A stretch of 64,000 nt of DNA from Callorhinchus milii (Eukaryota): contig NW_024704742.1 of NCBI RefSeq assembly GCF_018977255.1, positions 2,854,001 to 2,918,000 of the forward strand. The letters are read 5' to 3'. The position numbers and the translations under genes are program-made. Positions 1 to 12,156 of this stretch are shown in pieces (within the stretch, counting starts at the first letter, position 1; every line of letters begins with the position of its first letter). A model generated the notes under the pieces. The model had not been told where the DNA came from, did no database searches, and saw only the letters and a program-made list of their open reading frames with translations.

Positions 1-169
1 ACGGACCCAACAAACCTGTTTGCCCAATTCCAGGGATTGAGAGGGGAGGGCGAAATCGGATAACTCCCAAACTTGTCAAGTAAAGGAAGATTTTTAAGGA
101 CACGTTTCAACTGCATTTCACGCGCTCGAGATAATTCACAGCACACGCCGTAACTTAACATAAAGCCAA

Positions 170-365
170 TACAATATAATTTATATTTAGATAGTGTCTT
201 TCACATTGCAGGAGATCGATCTTAAAGCACTTCACAGAGATGATTGAACACCAGTGCTGGTAGGGGAGGTGGGTGGCTGAATAGGCAGGGCTGTGGGGTG
301 GGGTGGGGTTGGGGGATTGGCGTAGAGAGAGGGAAAATGGCCAAAATCTTAATTTGGGAAGGGTG
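170..365 (-). mobile_element. Decayed L2-type LINE 3' end fragment
   Basis: atttagatagtgtctttcacattgcaggag...aagcacttcacag resembles the reverse complement of the L2 tail at 60400-60470, followed by the G-rich 3' UTR complement. Confidence 0.5.
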
Positions 366-390
366 AAAGGAGGTCACAAAGGTAACGTAC

Positions 391-448
391 GTAGCACTGA
401 AAATCCTCCTATGCTTTCCTTCTTCTTTAATGAACTTGAATTGCCCAT
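391..448 (-). CDS. Candidate first coding exon (MGNSSSLKKKESIGGFSVL, phase-1 end) of a gene continuing left of the window
   Basis: Minus-strand ATG at 448 with G at +4 and an in-frame upstream TGA; donor GTACGT starts at 390; MGxxxS plus KKK fits the N-myristoylation consensus; lies at the edge of a CpG-rich region. No homolog recognised. Confidence 0.35.
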
Positions 449-449
449 C

Positions 450-2500
450 GAGGATAGCTTTGGGAGCGGCCTAGGACCAGGACAGCAAACTTGCGCCTGT
501 TGCGAAAGTTCACCCGGCGTTGACGGAGCGAGTCAGGAAGGCTCCGACTTTGCCGGACAGGAGCCTGCCAGGTCTCGTCCAAACCGGATCAAGTCAAGGA
601 ACGGCGATGGTGGCAGGGCAGCCCACACTGCGGGCAGAGCTTGTAGCAATTTTGAACATGTTGAACCTTCCAGAGGGAGACCTGGGTCTTTAACGCTCCG
701 AGCCCAACCACTCGGGGGGTGGTGGGGGGGAGCGTGCTTCGCGCAGTTTGGGCTCGGGCTGGCAGTGAGGTGACTCTGCTGGGAGGGAGAGCGGGGATGG
801 GGGGTGGGGGGGAAGATGGCAGCGCGAGGCTGATCCCGACAGCTGTTGCGGGAAGAGGCCCTGACAGTTGACGGGAGGACGGGCGGCGGTCGAGGCAGCA
901 GTGAAGTACGACCGTCATTACCGTCCTGCAGATGTCAATATTTTTTTCACAGGCCGGGGGAAGAACGCGCAGACAATCATTGCTCCACACTCCGCGTGAA
1001 GGGATAGCGCGCCCGAGAGAAGAAATAAAAACAAACCCCGGCCAATTAACTCCGCGTGCTGCCGGCCATAGCTTACGCAGCCCAGAGAGAAAGCCTCGAC
1101 TGTGGGGCGGGGGGAGAAGTTCGAACCAACTCCAGGAGGTCCTCACGTAAGGCTCCAGCTTGTACTGATGGATCCCACTTCTTTTCAGTATCTCTGCGGC
1201 CATCAAAGACCGCACTTTGTGTGGTGCTGCCGGAGCACCGGAGGGTAATATTCAAACAAAAGTCCAGGAAAAAAATTCATCGGCTCGAGACAAGGCACTG
1301 GGACACGATGCCAAACTGAAAACACTGCATTTTTTTGGGGTGGGTGGGGAGAGAGGGGGGGGGGCGGGTCAGCTGAGTGTCAGACCCACATTTTATGTCA
1401 GGTACCTTTTAGGAGCACTGCGTGGGGGCAATATGAGCCTTTACGTTGGACCATTTCCCTCTCAGTGCTCCATGTAGGAATCCTAAACGAAATGAGCTCG
1501 GACAGTCAGATCCACAACCCCTGACGCGCAAAGAGGGTGGGGTGGGTGGGGGGCTATAGTCACACACTGATGTTAAGTTGCCGATCTCGCTAGGAGGTCA
1601 CAGGCTGCCTTGAGAGCGAAGGGGCAAAATTCCAGTCGGATGATACAAGACATACGCATCTCAGGACGAAGAGGGGAGTGGAGGAAGCTTTGCTCCGTGT
1701 TTGAAGCTTTTTGATACACATTTCGCCCGGGAACGCTTTTAGGTTTTATATTAAAATTGATATTGTATTCCACCTCACTTAATCCCTCATTTGGTTGTCA
1801 AGGATATCCAGCAAATTTTTCTTTTTTTTTTGCTGCTGCTGCTGCTGCTTGAAAGAAAACGTAACGAGGCAAATGTGGAGTGAACCAACGCTGTGTCCCC
1901 CACACACCCCCCCCCTTCCCTCCTCCCCCACACACCCCCCGCCCCCGTAAGCAGCGTTTCTTCCATTGTTAGTCAGTGACAGGCAGAAAATGCGGACAAC
2001 TGAAAGGCTGGTGCCCCGCGGAAAGGAACCTCTCGGGATTCTTTTCAACCTGCCGCCAATCTATTATGCAATGAGTAACGCACGCACGCACCAAAAAAAT
2101 AAATAAAAATCGCGACCGTTTCAAAATACTCTGCGGCAGGATTGAATCGATGGAATTTCTGCAGCCACACCGAGTTTCACTGTGACTCAGCAGGAGGCTG
2201 ACTAACGGCGCTGGGTTGCTGAGGACAACATTACGTGGTTAGGGCCCCGTACGCTTACTTCACAGTGGGATCTGATTTGGGGGGGGCGATTCATCAATAG
2301 AAAATCCTCCTAGACATGTCTGGCGTCGGCCCACCGTAACTCTTGCACATCAATCTTATTTCCAATCTCGGCGAATTTGGAACGCCGCCAAAAGAGGCAG
2401 AAGAGAAGATCATTGTCCAAAAGGTTTTTCAAAAGCCGTGGTCGAAGCAGAAAGTATCGCTGTACTTAAGACAAAGCGTGATGCAAACGTGAGGGAGAAG
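450..2500. promoter_or_regulatory. CpG-rich, repeat-free promoter/5' UTR-like region
   Basis: CpG density is visibly higher than in the bulk of the window; GGGCGG boxes near 881 and 1106; no SINE/LINE insertions. Confidence 0.55.
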
Positions 2501-2523
2501 CGAATGGTTTCGTCCTCAAACAA

Positions 2524-2648
2524 CTTACTTTACAGTATGTTCTGTGAAGCGCTTTGAGACGTCCCCATGACGTGGTGAGGCTCTATGTCAAATGCACGAA
2601 CAACCATTAGCATTGCTATTATTATTATTTTTATTATTATTATTATCA
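2524..2648 (+). mobile_element. SINE 3' tail fragment
   Basis: ctttacagtatgttctgtgaagcgctttgagacgtc...tcaaatgca followed by (TTA)n. Confidence 0.75.
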
Positions 2649-2682
2649 TAGAGGATTATAGGAGAGGGGTGTGGAGGTGTAT

Positions 2683-3056
2683 AACAATAATAATAATCCT
2701 TGCATTTGATATAGGGCCTTATCAGGTCTTCGAGACGTCTCAAAGCGCTTCACAGGACATACTGTAAAGCGAATTAACTGTGTGTTTCGTGGGCTGAAGG
2801 CGGCAGCCAATTGCGCACAGCGGTGCCCCACAAACAATCGTGGATGGAGTGACCATGTTATTATTTTTTTTGGAAGGGCTCATAACCCCTTCCGATAAAC
2901 GATCTGCCAACCGACTCACTGGATTCCTACTTACTCCTCGGTAAACAGAGGAGTGTGGAGTAAGGAAACTTGCCCAACATTTCGCTCTGCCTGGAATTCG
3001 AACCCAGGTCCTCTCCTTGCGAGGCGAGTGCTCTAACCACTGAACAAAACAGGACT
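2683..3056 (-). mobile_element. tRNA-derived SINE family A, long form, near full length
   Basis: Reverse complement has a tRNA-like head with B box GGTTCGAATTCC, the linker, the Deu-like 3' block and a (TTA)n tail; collinear with 55981-56339. Confidence 0.9.
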
Positions 3057-3559
3057 TTAGGGAGTTTTACCACCAACACGGACCAGTTGGGCCAATGGCC
3101 TGTTTTGTGCTGCAGTGTGCATTTTATTCTATAAAATCAAGCTGAGGCCTGAAGTATTGTTCCATTAAATCAGGCGACAGGCGTTCTGCTTCATGTCCAG
3201 GATTTAGGGAATGCGTAGAAAAATAGCGATATTTCATCACTGATTTGATGTGATAATCATGTGATAATCTAATCTGTAATGAAATTTCACAGTTTTCACC
3301 TTAATGTGTACTGCTCGGCGCGTTGCCTTAGAACCAAGGACCTCTGAAGTGTGACACGCAAACCATCCATTCTGTGGGCAGATCTAAACGTTGTACTCCC
3401 ATACAATTTAAAAACAAAATTGCGCAGCCCTTCTGCAAAGGTTAAGGCGATGGCAACAAACAGTCAGGAAATAATATTTACAATATTAGATGTGATATTG
3501 CAATGTCACATCTCATGTTTTCGATCAGGTCCAAGTGGCAAACTGCTCGTGTTGTATTT

Positions 3560-3796
3560 TGTTTAACAAACAACTGCAGTGCGGGTAAGCTTTATGAAAC
3601 TAATGTTTCGCTCACACCTCTCCCCTCCACTCCCTCCTCGAGCCCCTCCTGCCTGGTTTCCGCCCTGCCCATTAGCACAGAGACGGAGCTTGTTCAGGGT
3701 CGCGAACGACGTCCTCTCCCTTCGTGACTCCGGTCTTTTCCGCATGTCCCTCGCGCTCTCTGTTGCATCATCATTGGTCGCACTTTCAGCGGCTCT
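3560..3796 (+). promoter_or_regulatory. CpG-rich putative promoter and first exon of a plus-strand transcript
   Basis: C/T-rich stretch, GC box CCGCCC at 3660-3665, CpG-rich sequence ending at the consensus donor GTAAGT at 3797. Confidence 0.45.
3744..3796 (+). CDS. Candidate coding part of the first exon (MSLALSVASSLVALSAA, signal-peptide-like)
   Basis: ATG at 3744, hydrophobic small-residue run, GTAAGT donor at 3797. Could equally be 5' UTR with an upstream ATG. Confidence 0.3.
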
Positions 3797-4141
3797 GTAA
3801 GTGCAAGTTGTCGTTGTTTTATTTTCGTGGTTTCGAATCACATACACACACACACGGACACACACACAAAGACCCTGGTCATGTCGTGTCTTGGTGAAGT
3901 CACACAGGGGAACTGAGCGACACTGTAAATATGGGCTGTACATTGATTATCTGTAAAGGAGTCTCTACCGTACACCACAATGGCACCAGGTCAAGTGAGA
4001 CTCTTGACTGGGAATGTGCTTTCCCTTCTTCCAGTTGTTCATCAATCTGCTGGACTTTCTATCGATTTGGGGTTTGATTTCACGGTTTCCTTTGCTCCTT
4101 TGAAGGGGAGGCAAGTGAGGTCTCTTTGAGGTGGATGATTC

Positions 4142-4267
4142 TCCTTGCATTTGATACAGGGCCTTACTATGTCCATGAAATATTTCAAAGCGCTTCACAG
4201 GATACGCTGTAGATTGTGTGGTTTGGGGCGAAATGGGGCAACCAGTTTCACACAGCAATGACCCACG
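4142..4267 (-). mobile_element. SINE 3' fragment (diverged)
   Basis: tccttgcatttgatacagggcctta...aaagcgcttcacaggata matches the family tail. Confidence 0.7.
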
Positions 4268-4673
4268 AGTAGAAGAGAGAGAAAGAGAGAGAGAGAGAAA
4301 GGAAGAGTGAGTGATTTTGACTGTTTGATTGGGGCCTTTTCCAAGGATTGTGCTGGGAGTGGTAAGTGGTGCAAATGTCGTTCCACCTCCTGCCCACTGT
4401 AAAGTGGTGCCGCTTTGTTGAGAAACATTCGGCAAAATGGCCATATTTGTCGGTCAAACAACTCGCGGCGACAGAGGCCCCCGAAGCAAGTCCGCGCATC
4501 GCAAGACTGTTACAGGGTGTCTCGTGTAGAACGTAATCTGCAGCGGTCTTCACTCCCCTGCAACACAGCAGCCCTTTTAAACCACCCGCGGTGCTGCACT
4601 GTAAGCAGAGGCTCGCGCTCTCTGCCTTGTCGAGTTTAAAAGCAGTTTTTGTCTCTCTCTTGTTCTTTTTCAG

Positions 4674-4714
4674 ATCGATCTGCACGGAAGTGTTCTTCCT
4701 CGAACCACCGCCGT
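4674..4714 (+). other. Candidate 41-nt second exon
   Basis: Long polypyrimidine tract plus CAG (4646-4673) and donor GTATGT at 4715; stays open in frame with 3744-3796 (LSICTEVFFLEPPP). Confidence 0.4.
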
Positions 4715-7700
4715 GTATGTGTGTGTGTGCGTGTACGTAAAAAAAAAGTTTGCGTTACTTCAGCTGAATTTGTTTGGGTCATTTGTTTCTTTTTTTCTGC
4801 CCTTCTCTACACAAAACAACTGCACTCGCCTGATGTCTGCTCCGCTCAGTTGGCATCATCCACTTTTCTGAGTCGTGTCGCCTGATGGTTCGGCCATACC
4901 GTGTTTGCACGAATCATGTTGAAAGTCCCTATTCTCTGGCGCAGCAAGATCTGATAATTCAGAAACTCCTTTCATTGCTTCGTGGAGGTCGCAGAACAAT
5001 TATTGCGGTGCCAGGAATGACTGGCCGATAAATCATATATTATTTTAGCAGCAGGAATCACAGCTACAAAGGACATGAACTAAGACGTTTAAAATAAGGT
5101 CCTTCCAAATGTGATAATTTACTGGTTTATGCAGTTAAATGGTATTAAAGTGGATTATAATCACCAGAAGAAAGCTTGCCGCATGAAGCAATATTAAAAG
5201 CCACAGTCAGATAGTGGAGGAAAGTGTTTAAACTGTGTCCAAAGTCTTTTTTTAATGACTCTTTAAAAGCGTGAACTTGCGAACAGTCGCTGGAAGGAAG
5301 ATTTTGAGATTAAATGGCGGTTTTAGAAAGTAATCTGGACAGAGCTAAAGGTTACTGAATCGTTGGAGCTCCTTCTTTATCCATATGCGTATGTGACTAG
5401 TTGGCTAGAGAATAGTATAGACTTGGGTTGGGTATGGCATAGTGTCCAAAATGACGTGACAAGTTACAGAGATCTGCGTTATGGTGATGTTTCGGACATA
5501 ATGCCTTAAACTAGAGTTTTAGGAATTGAAACCCTCAAGTTACAATATGACTTCCCAAACCACTTCAGGACATGTAAAGCCACTTCACTCACAGTCTCAC
5601 GGAATGGTTAGAAGCCTGTACAGTAAAACTCGCATAAGTCAACACAGTTATTCATATTTAGAAAGAAATCTAAATATCCAGTATTACCTTAGCAACGTCT
5701 GGTGAAATAAGATTAAAAATAAAATTAAAATAAAATAAAATCTTCGGAGCACGATTCCTCACGCAACTCGAATGGCCAAACGGACGCACGCGTAGGGGCT
5801 GAGGAAGGGAGATGACAAATACCCACTCACTGTCGAGTATGACAGATGAAGCATGACTACTTTGCAACCCAGTCAGTGGCATTGCTTTCAGGGCAGAAAA
5901 GAAGAAAAGTAGCAAAAGGATATAGTTTTAAAAATGGTCATTTTGACCGCAACAGATAGAAGCCATCCTCAATTTTCTTTGGGCACAATTTTAGAGAAGT
6001 GTTAGACCCTAATGTAGAAAGTTCCTTATCAAAACGTTCCACTTACGAGGAATGCAATTTACCACAATAACGGCAACTTGCATTTATGTAATGTCCTTCG
6101 GAGCGATTTAGCAGTTTCGGACTGCAAAGAAGTCTATTAAACGGCTTTCGCAGAGTTTATATGGCATTAATGGCGCCTAATTCTGAGATCTTTTCTGTCT
6201 AAAGTGCAGCTGGAATGCTCGATTTGGAGTGTTTTCCATCCGCAACGTTATTTTAGCCACTTTGTGTGAAATAAAATGATGTTGTGGGAATGAGAGCAGA
6301 GGCTTCATTGGCAAAGCTGCTGCAGTCTGGTTTACAAAGTGATGGGTCTGCCAATGTTTGGAAGGCACACAGGTGAATTTTTTTGAATCCGTTGCCGTAA
6401 GTGAAACATACTTTTTTTAAACTATATTTCTTGGCTTCAGTTTGTTTCCCTTTTGTTTTTCAAAGCATCAATGCGTGGGGGAGAACAATTGCTGCCGAGC
6501 AGTTTGATTTGGCAAAATATTTTCCCCGATGAGTGCAGCTTATTAAAGTCAATCAAGCCTCATTGATTTTAATTGTGACGTGCGGCTCCATCGAAGTGCC
6601 GAAGTTACATTTCTTAAACCCGGGCCGAAGACACCAGTCGGCTCACTGCAGTGTCGGTGTACGGAGGCCGGGTCGTGTTTTGGAACGGTAAATTTAGACT
6701 GATTGAAGTAAGTAGCTCGATGGCCCAGCGGGGATAAGCAAAATGTGACCATCGAGCCTGCGATTGAGCAGGATCGCTTGCTGAAGATGAATGACTGTTA
6801 AAATAAATCGCTCGCTTGTCAGTTTTTTTTTTTGGCCCGGGCGCACGTGTTTTGAGTGTATCGGTAAAATAACATTATTAATATATCCTTCATCTTTGGT
6901 CTATTTGTTCCGTGCCCCTTGTTCCCAGTGTAATGTACATGCCTCTTAAGTTGGCAATTGCTGTAAGACAGCAAGACTGGATGGTTCAAGCGAAGAATTC
7001 CCCAGCGTTTAGGTGTTTGGTGGGCTGGAGCATACGGAGCTCAGCTCTGGCTGTGCTGTACCGATAACTAACTCAGGAGTAAGTGAGCGGCTTTTAACAC
7101 AAGAAACCCAAATGCGAGCGTGCCCTGCTCCAGCGCTGATATCCACTGATGTTACGGAGCAAAGAAATGATTTATAAAATTAAAAAGGCGATTATACAGT
7201 GTTGAAAACCACTTAGTATTTTTTCTCGGCATGGCAGTAAATTTTAGAGTTTCCTTTATGTACCACGCAGGGTCACTCGATTTACTAATAAGTGGAGAAT
7301 TGTCAAATTGTTAACAGTTTTATCCACGGTGATGCTTATTTGCCGCCAAACTAAAACTCTCTGTGTATTCTAGACTCGTGTTTACACACATCTCAATGTG
7401 GTGGCTCCGCAATAAGACGGCAGCAACTTCATTCGAAAAACAGCAGAAAAAATAAATCGGGTGGTGGGGGGTGGGGGGGGGAGGAATCCAGATTTGTAAA
7501 ACAACAAGCCCTTTTGAAAAGAATGGATCGAATGAGGAAAACTCGTCCTGTCTTGGAAAATAAAAGTCGGAGTTCTAAAATGTGAACTTAAAAGTTTGTT
7601 GAGATCTTCCCGTTTGCCCTCCGAGTCCTTCTTTAGCTCTTGGAGTGAGTGTTGAACTGTCCTCCGATTGCCTGGACAGTGACTGCATTGAATTCTCTTT

Positions 7701-8772
7701 TGAACTCCTTTCGTGCAACCACAAATATCTTCGCTAATTGGTGAAATTCTTATCCCAGTGAATAATGACTGCGGACGTTTCATTTTTTCCCCCGAGGCTC
7801 GTATCAGCTACGCCCTTTCCGGCTCGAAATTGGTTATTTTGAAGGTTTCTCATTACATATCTTTTCATCTCCCAAACCACTGAGTCGTTCATCATCATGT
7901 CTTCGATTGAGCATTTGCTGAAAACAGAGTCTCTCAAAGAGCGTTCAGGAGGCTGGAAAGAAGACTGGAAATCATCCCCGGAATGACAAGCCATCTATTT
8001 GTGCTGTCCAAGCAATGGCAAATAGCAGGACACATAATTTCATTTCAGTCAACAACTCCGCGCAGAACAATATACTCCTTGTTTCAGTAAATGTTGGCTC
8101 TCGTAAACATTCTCCTTTTCTGTAAGAAAAATATGCCAATAAAACAGATTTTGTTACAAATAACACTGAGCAATTTTGATGAGTCTGCCTGAACGATATT
8201 GAACAGTAAAATAATACTTAGTGATTTTACCTTCCATCTTCTTTGGGACTTTGAGCAATCTGTGCATTGGAGGAGCTGTTCTTTCACTATTTCAGCAAAA
8301 GTCATTTCAGACATACGCTAGCATTTATTGTTGGCCTTGTGATTTACGCCGTGTGTGAATTCTTTTTTACGGTGTCTTCGGTCTCACCGTGCTGGCCTTG
8401 ATTTTACCTTTTTATCCAGTGTTTGCGTTACTTTATGCTGTTCCCAGGTCTGTGCTGGATTTTCCAACAAGTGTGTTACACATAGTACAGGAATAAAGCC
8501 CAGGGGGTAGCGCTTCTCTAAATCTTTCCGCTCTCCTTCCCTGCTGGTGACACACCAGGCATCTGTTTGTAGTGTTTGCCGGATGCCAAATCCCAAGCCA
8601 GACCATTGTGGTGATGGTGGGGAAAGGGAGAGGTGGGATTGATGGTGAAGGGGTAGGTCAGAGGTTGCGCTCACAACTCGAGTTTCCGATTTTTCTTTCT
8701 CCTGATAATTAACGTCTATTGGAAACTTTTCCTGTGAATTCAGACACAACCTATGACAACAGAAAACAAGAA

Positions 8773-9056
8773 CAATAATGATGTCTGATAGGGCACCTTT
8801 CGTGTCAGGAGGACGTCCTAAAGTGCGTGGCAGGATTCATTCTAAAGTGTAGTGACTGTATAATGTCGCTAGGTGAAACGCAGCCAATTTGTGCACAGCA
8901 ATGTCCTACAAACTGCCACGAAGTGAATGACCAATTTTATTTGGGGGATTGTTGGCTCGGATACCAGGATCTTTAATATCCAGCACTGCTTTGGAGTGTC
9001 AGCCTAGACTATGGGCTCAAAGTCCCGACGTGGGGCTTGAAACCTCAACCTTCTGG
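8773..9056 (-). mobile_element. Deu-domain SINE family B, internally deleted
   Basis: ggagtgtcagcctagact...ggggcttgaaacctcaaccttctg is the head complement, plus the shared 3' block. Confidence 0.7.
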
Positions 9057-9139
9057 CAATAAACTTCATTTGTTTTAATATAGAATAAATATCTGTTTAA
9101 TATATATATATATTTTTTTAGAAATTTTCATGCACATTG

Positions 9140-9800
9140 ATCAAAGACCAGAGGCATTGAATCCAAAAAAAAAGGATGTAATCTTGAAGTTGTATCAAAT
9201 CTTATTTAGATCATATTAGATTTGTAGAATTTTAGGAACCTTGTGAAAGGAAGGATTTAATTTTACCCACAAATACACAGTGTACTTTACATTATATCCT
9301 GTGAAGCTCTTTGAGACGTCTCACCAACATGATGAGGCACCATCAAATGCAAGGATTATTAAAAAAGCAATGGAAAGCATTGCAGCATTGATTGAATTAC
9401 GAAGCATATTAACATGGATTAGAGATTTCCGGTTGTAGAGACTTGAGAATTTAGAGCTTTTTCTACTGGAGCTGAGAAGGTTAAAAGATTATGAAGGGCT
9501 ATGGTAAGTTAACAATAATACGGCATACATTTCCACTCGTCAGTGAGACAGTAACAAGAAGGAACAAATATGGTATATAAGGTGATCGCCAAAAAGATTA
9601 AAGGGAGTTCTTTGTACAGCGAGTGAATGGAATGTGGAATTCTCTGCCCACAAACTTGCTGAAGCAGATTGCACATATCATTATCCGAAATAATTAAATA
9701 GATGTTTGCAAAAGAATATTAAAGGGTGCGGGGAGTGAGCAGGCGATTCGATTAGATAGCTCTTATGAAGAGACCACAGCTTAAAGCCAAATGGCTTGCA
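9140..9800 (+). mobile_element. Decayed CR1 LINE 3' region interrupted by a SINE tail (about 9265-9362)
   Basis: CR1-like motifs (ttttctactggagctgagaagg, tggaatgtggaattctctgcc, ccaaatggc) similar to the other CR1 copies here. Confidence 0.6.
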
Positions 9801-9829
9801 CGCCTAGGGTGACGTTTTAAACACAGATT

Positions 9830-10225
9830 AACAACAAAAAACAACTTACATTTTATATAGCGGCCTTCACACAGCGGTGCTTTCCGGAGAGTTAGACAGT
9901 GGAGGAGTCTGGTGCCGAGCCAGGGGGAGAGGGAGCGGGGGGAGGTTGAGCGTAGACATGATCGAAAAAGGAAGGTGCTTTAGGCTGGATTTGAAAGTGG
10001 GAGCGAAGGGATTGAGAGGACAGACTTTCGGGGCGTAGAGCGGCTGAAGGCAAAGCCTCCGATGGTGGAGGGGAGGGGAGGGGACGAGGTGACGAACAGG
10101 AGGCCGGAGCCAGGGGAGCAGCGGCAGCGGGCGGTGGAGTGGGGGGTGGTAATCAGATCGGAGAGGTAGGGAGGTGCGAGCGGGATGAACGGATTTGAAA
10201 AGGAGTGAGAGGATCGTGAAATAAT
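9830..10225 (-). mobile_element. L2 LINE 3' fragment
   Basis: Minus-strand translation FTILSLLFKSVH resembles FKILVLTYKALH of the L2 at 60004; (TTG)n-type tail at 9830. Confidence 0.75.
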
Positions 10226-10540
10226 CGGAAACCTCTGACACTTTAGTCAATGGTCACTAAACCCAGAAGTTAGCTACAAAACTCCTTCCTGCAACGTTTC
10301 AAGGGTTTAGCTCCCAGGTAATGTACATCAAAGATATTCCAATTTTATCATTAAATAACTTGCTTCAGATTATTGCAGTAGGGGAGAGGGTGGGGGGTGG
10401 GGGGGGGGGGGGTAAGGGAGGGGGAGTTTGTACAATAGTGCCTGAGGCTCACTTTCAACGAGCAGTTAGTATTGTTAAAGGTCCTCTCAAAATGCATTTG
10501 TCCAGACCATGGGAGGAAAAGCAGAAAAAAACTGTAAAAT

Positions 10541-10710
10541 TAACAATAATAATCTTTGCATTTGACACAGCGCCTTATCACGTCTTCGAGACGTCTCAAA
10601 GCGCTTCACAGAATATACAGTGAAGCGAATTGACTGTATATTTTCTGGGCGAAACGCGGCAGCCAATTGCGCACAGCAGCGTCCACACAAACAGTCGTGG
10701 ATTGAAGTGA
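10541..10710 (-). mobile_element. SINE family A, 3' half
   Basis: Near-consensus tail and Deu-like block. Confidence 0.85.
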
Positions 10711-12156
10711 TACGAGTTATACTTAAGTCGTGGGTATGAGTGATCACATATTTTCTAATTCAGAAAAAAGGTGTAATGCAATAGCAGCAGAAGTTGTTAG
10801 TTGCGGAGCATGGTGTAATTTTGCTGCGCTCTCTCTGCTTTGACTTTTCTAAACACAGTAAGTGTCAAATTCAGAATAAACCCTTTTTCTCAACTTGAAT
10901 TCTGCTTAAAATGGAAAAGTCATAACTGATTCCCAAGTCCGGCTGCTGAGCAATCCCAGGTTGCGATTCCGCTTGGCGTTTCACCATATTCGTCAACAAC
11001 GATGTTATTGGTAACTCGTGGGGTTTCCCCCCCCCCCCCCCCCCCGTATAATTGTGCGTCAAAGTGACTACAAGGAATGCCAAGGAAAATTTCAGCCTCT
11101 CCTGTTGTGGGGACTTCGCTGGTACAGTCAGCCACGAGTGGAAGACTACTGTAGAAATCACTGTTACAATGCAAATGATGGGTTTAAAGAGGGTGAATAC
11201 ATGTGTCTCTATTCCGCTTTTGTGATTAGGTTCTGTTGTTCATTCCGTGACCGTTCTTTCATCACCACTGTCTCAAGTCTCAGGCCACCAGCCCCAGCCC
11301 CTGATATTTACTTCCAAAAACTGCTTTGGATTTTTACTTCTCTCCTTAATTTTGTTGAACCTTCAGCGACAACACCCCAACCTCTGGAACTGCTTCCTTC
11401 AAGCCCTTCATCTCAACCCCCTCATTATCTGTCTTGAAGTCCTGCATTAGAAACCTTCATCTTCAACAGTGCCTCGGGTCAACAGAACCAACCTCCCTTT
11501 GCCTGCCCGACGCCAGCTCTGGGAAGTGCTCTCAGATGCTTATCCAAAGTAAAAGAGGCTAAATAAAATGAAATCAAATGAATAAAATTGTCGTTTGGCT
11601 TCGAAAACCTCCAAAAGGACAGATTCCTTCACAGAGTCTCCGACCGACCATCTTAAAAAATTACTCATTTCCCCTTTCAGTGCACTCCACTACATTTGTT
11701 AAGTGCTTTTAGATATTTCCTTTGTGTGAAAGGTGCTACATGAATGCAGCTCATCATTGACATTGTGAACCGCTGCCAGCTCACTTTCGGAAAGGTTCAG
11801 TGATTCCACCCATAAAATAAGAACTTCAAAAATCAGCAGTGCGAGACGTTGAAAATAATCAAAGGAATATTAAGCAGGCTAATAGTCGTGCTGAGCGTTT
11901 GATTTTTTTTTTGAAAGGGCTGTGAGTGTTGAGGAACTTTTGGCAATTCCTTTATTTTTTTAAAACAAAAACACTTCATCCTTAATTGCACCAAAGCAGT
12001 TGTGTAGCAAGAGGAAAAACTTGCCATCTGTTCCATTATATTGCGTGGACAAATCCTTCTCGCTGCCACTGGGCGTCATTTGATTTCATAAGAGCGACAA
12101 CTTATCCTTAAGCAGTGCCTTTCACACGGGTAACATCTCGGATCGCTTGAATTTTA

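Noticed and set aside
589..1215. 208-aa minus-strand ORF and overlapping 156-aa plus-strand ORF (303-773)
   Set aside because: Non-ATG starts, low-complexity P/G/R content typical of GC-rich promoter DNA, and no recognisable domain.
1779..2420. Possible extra minus-strand 5' exons (donor-like GTGAGG at 1778, GTAAGC at 2258)
   Set aside because: Only isolated splice-like motifs with no independent support.
5619..5646. TA-CAGTAAAACTCG motif resembling a pogo/Tigger terminal repeat
   Set aside because: No matching opposite end or transposase remnant seen.
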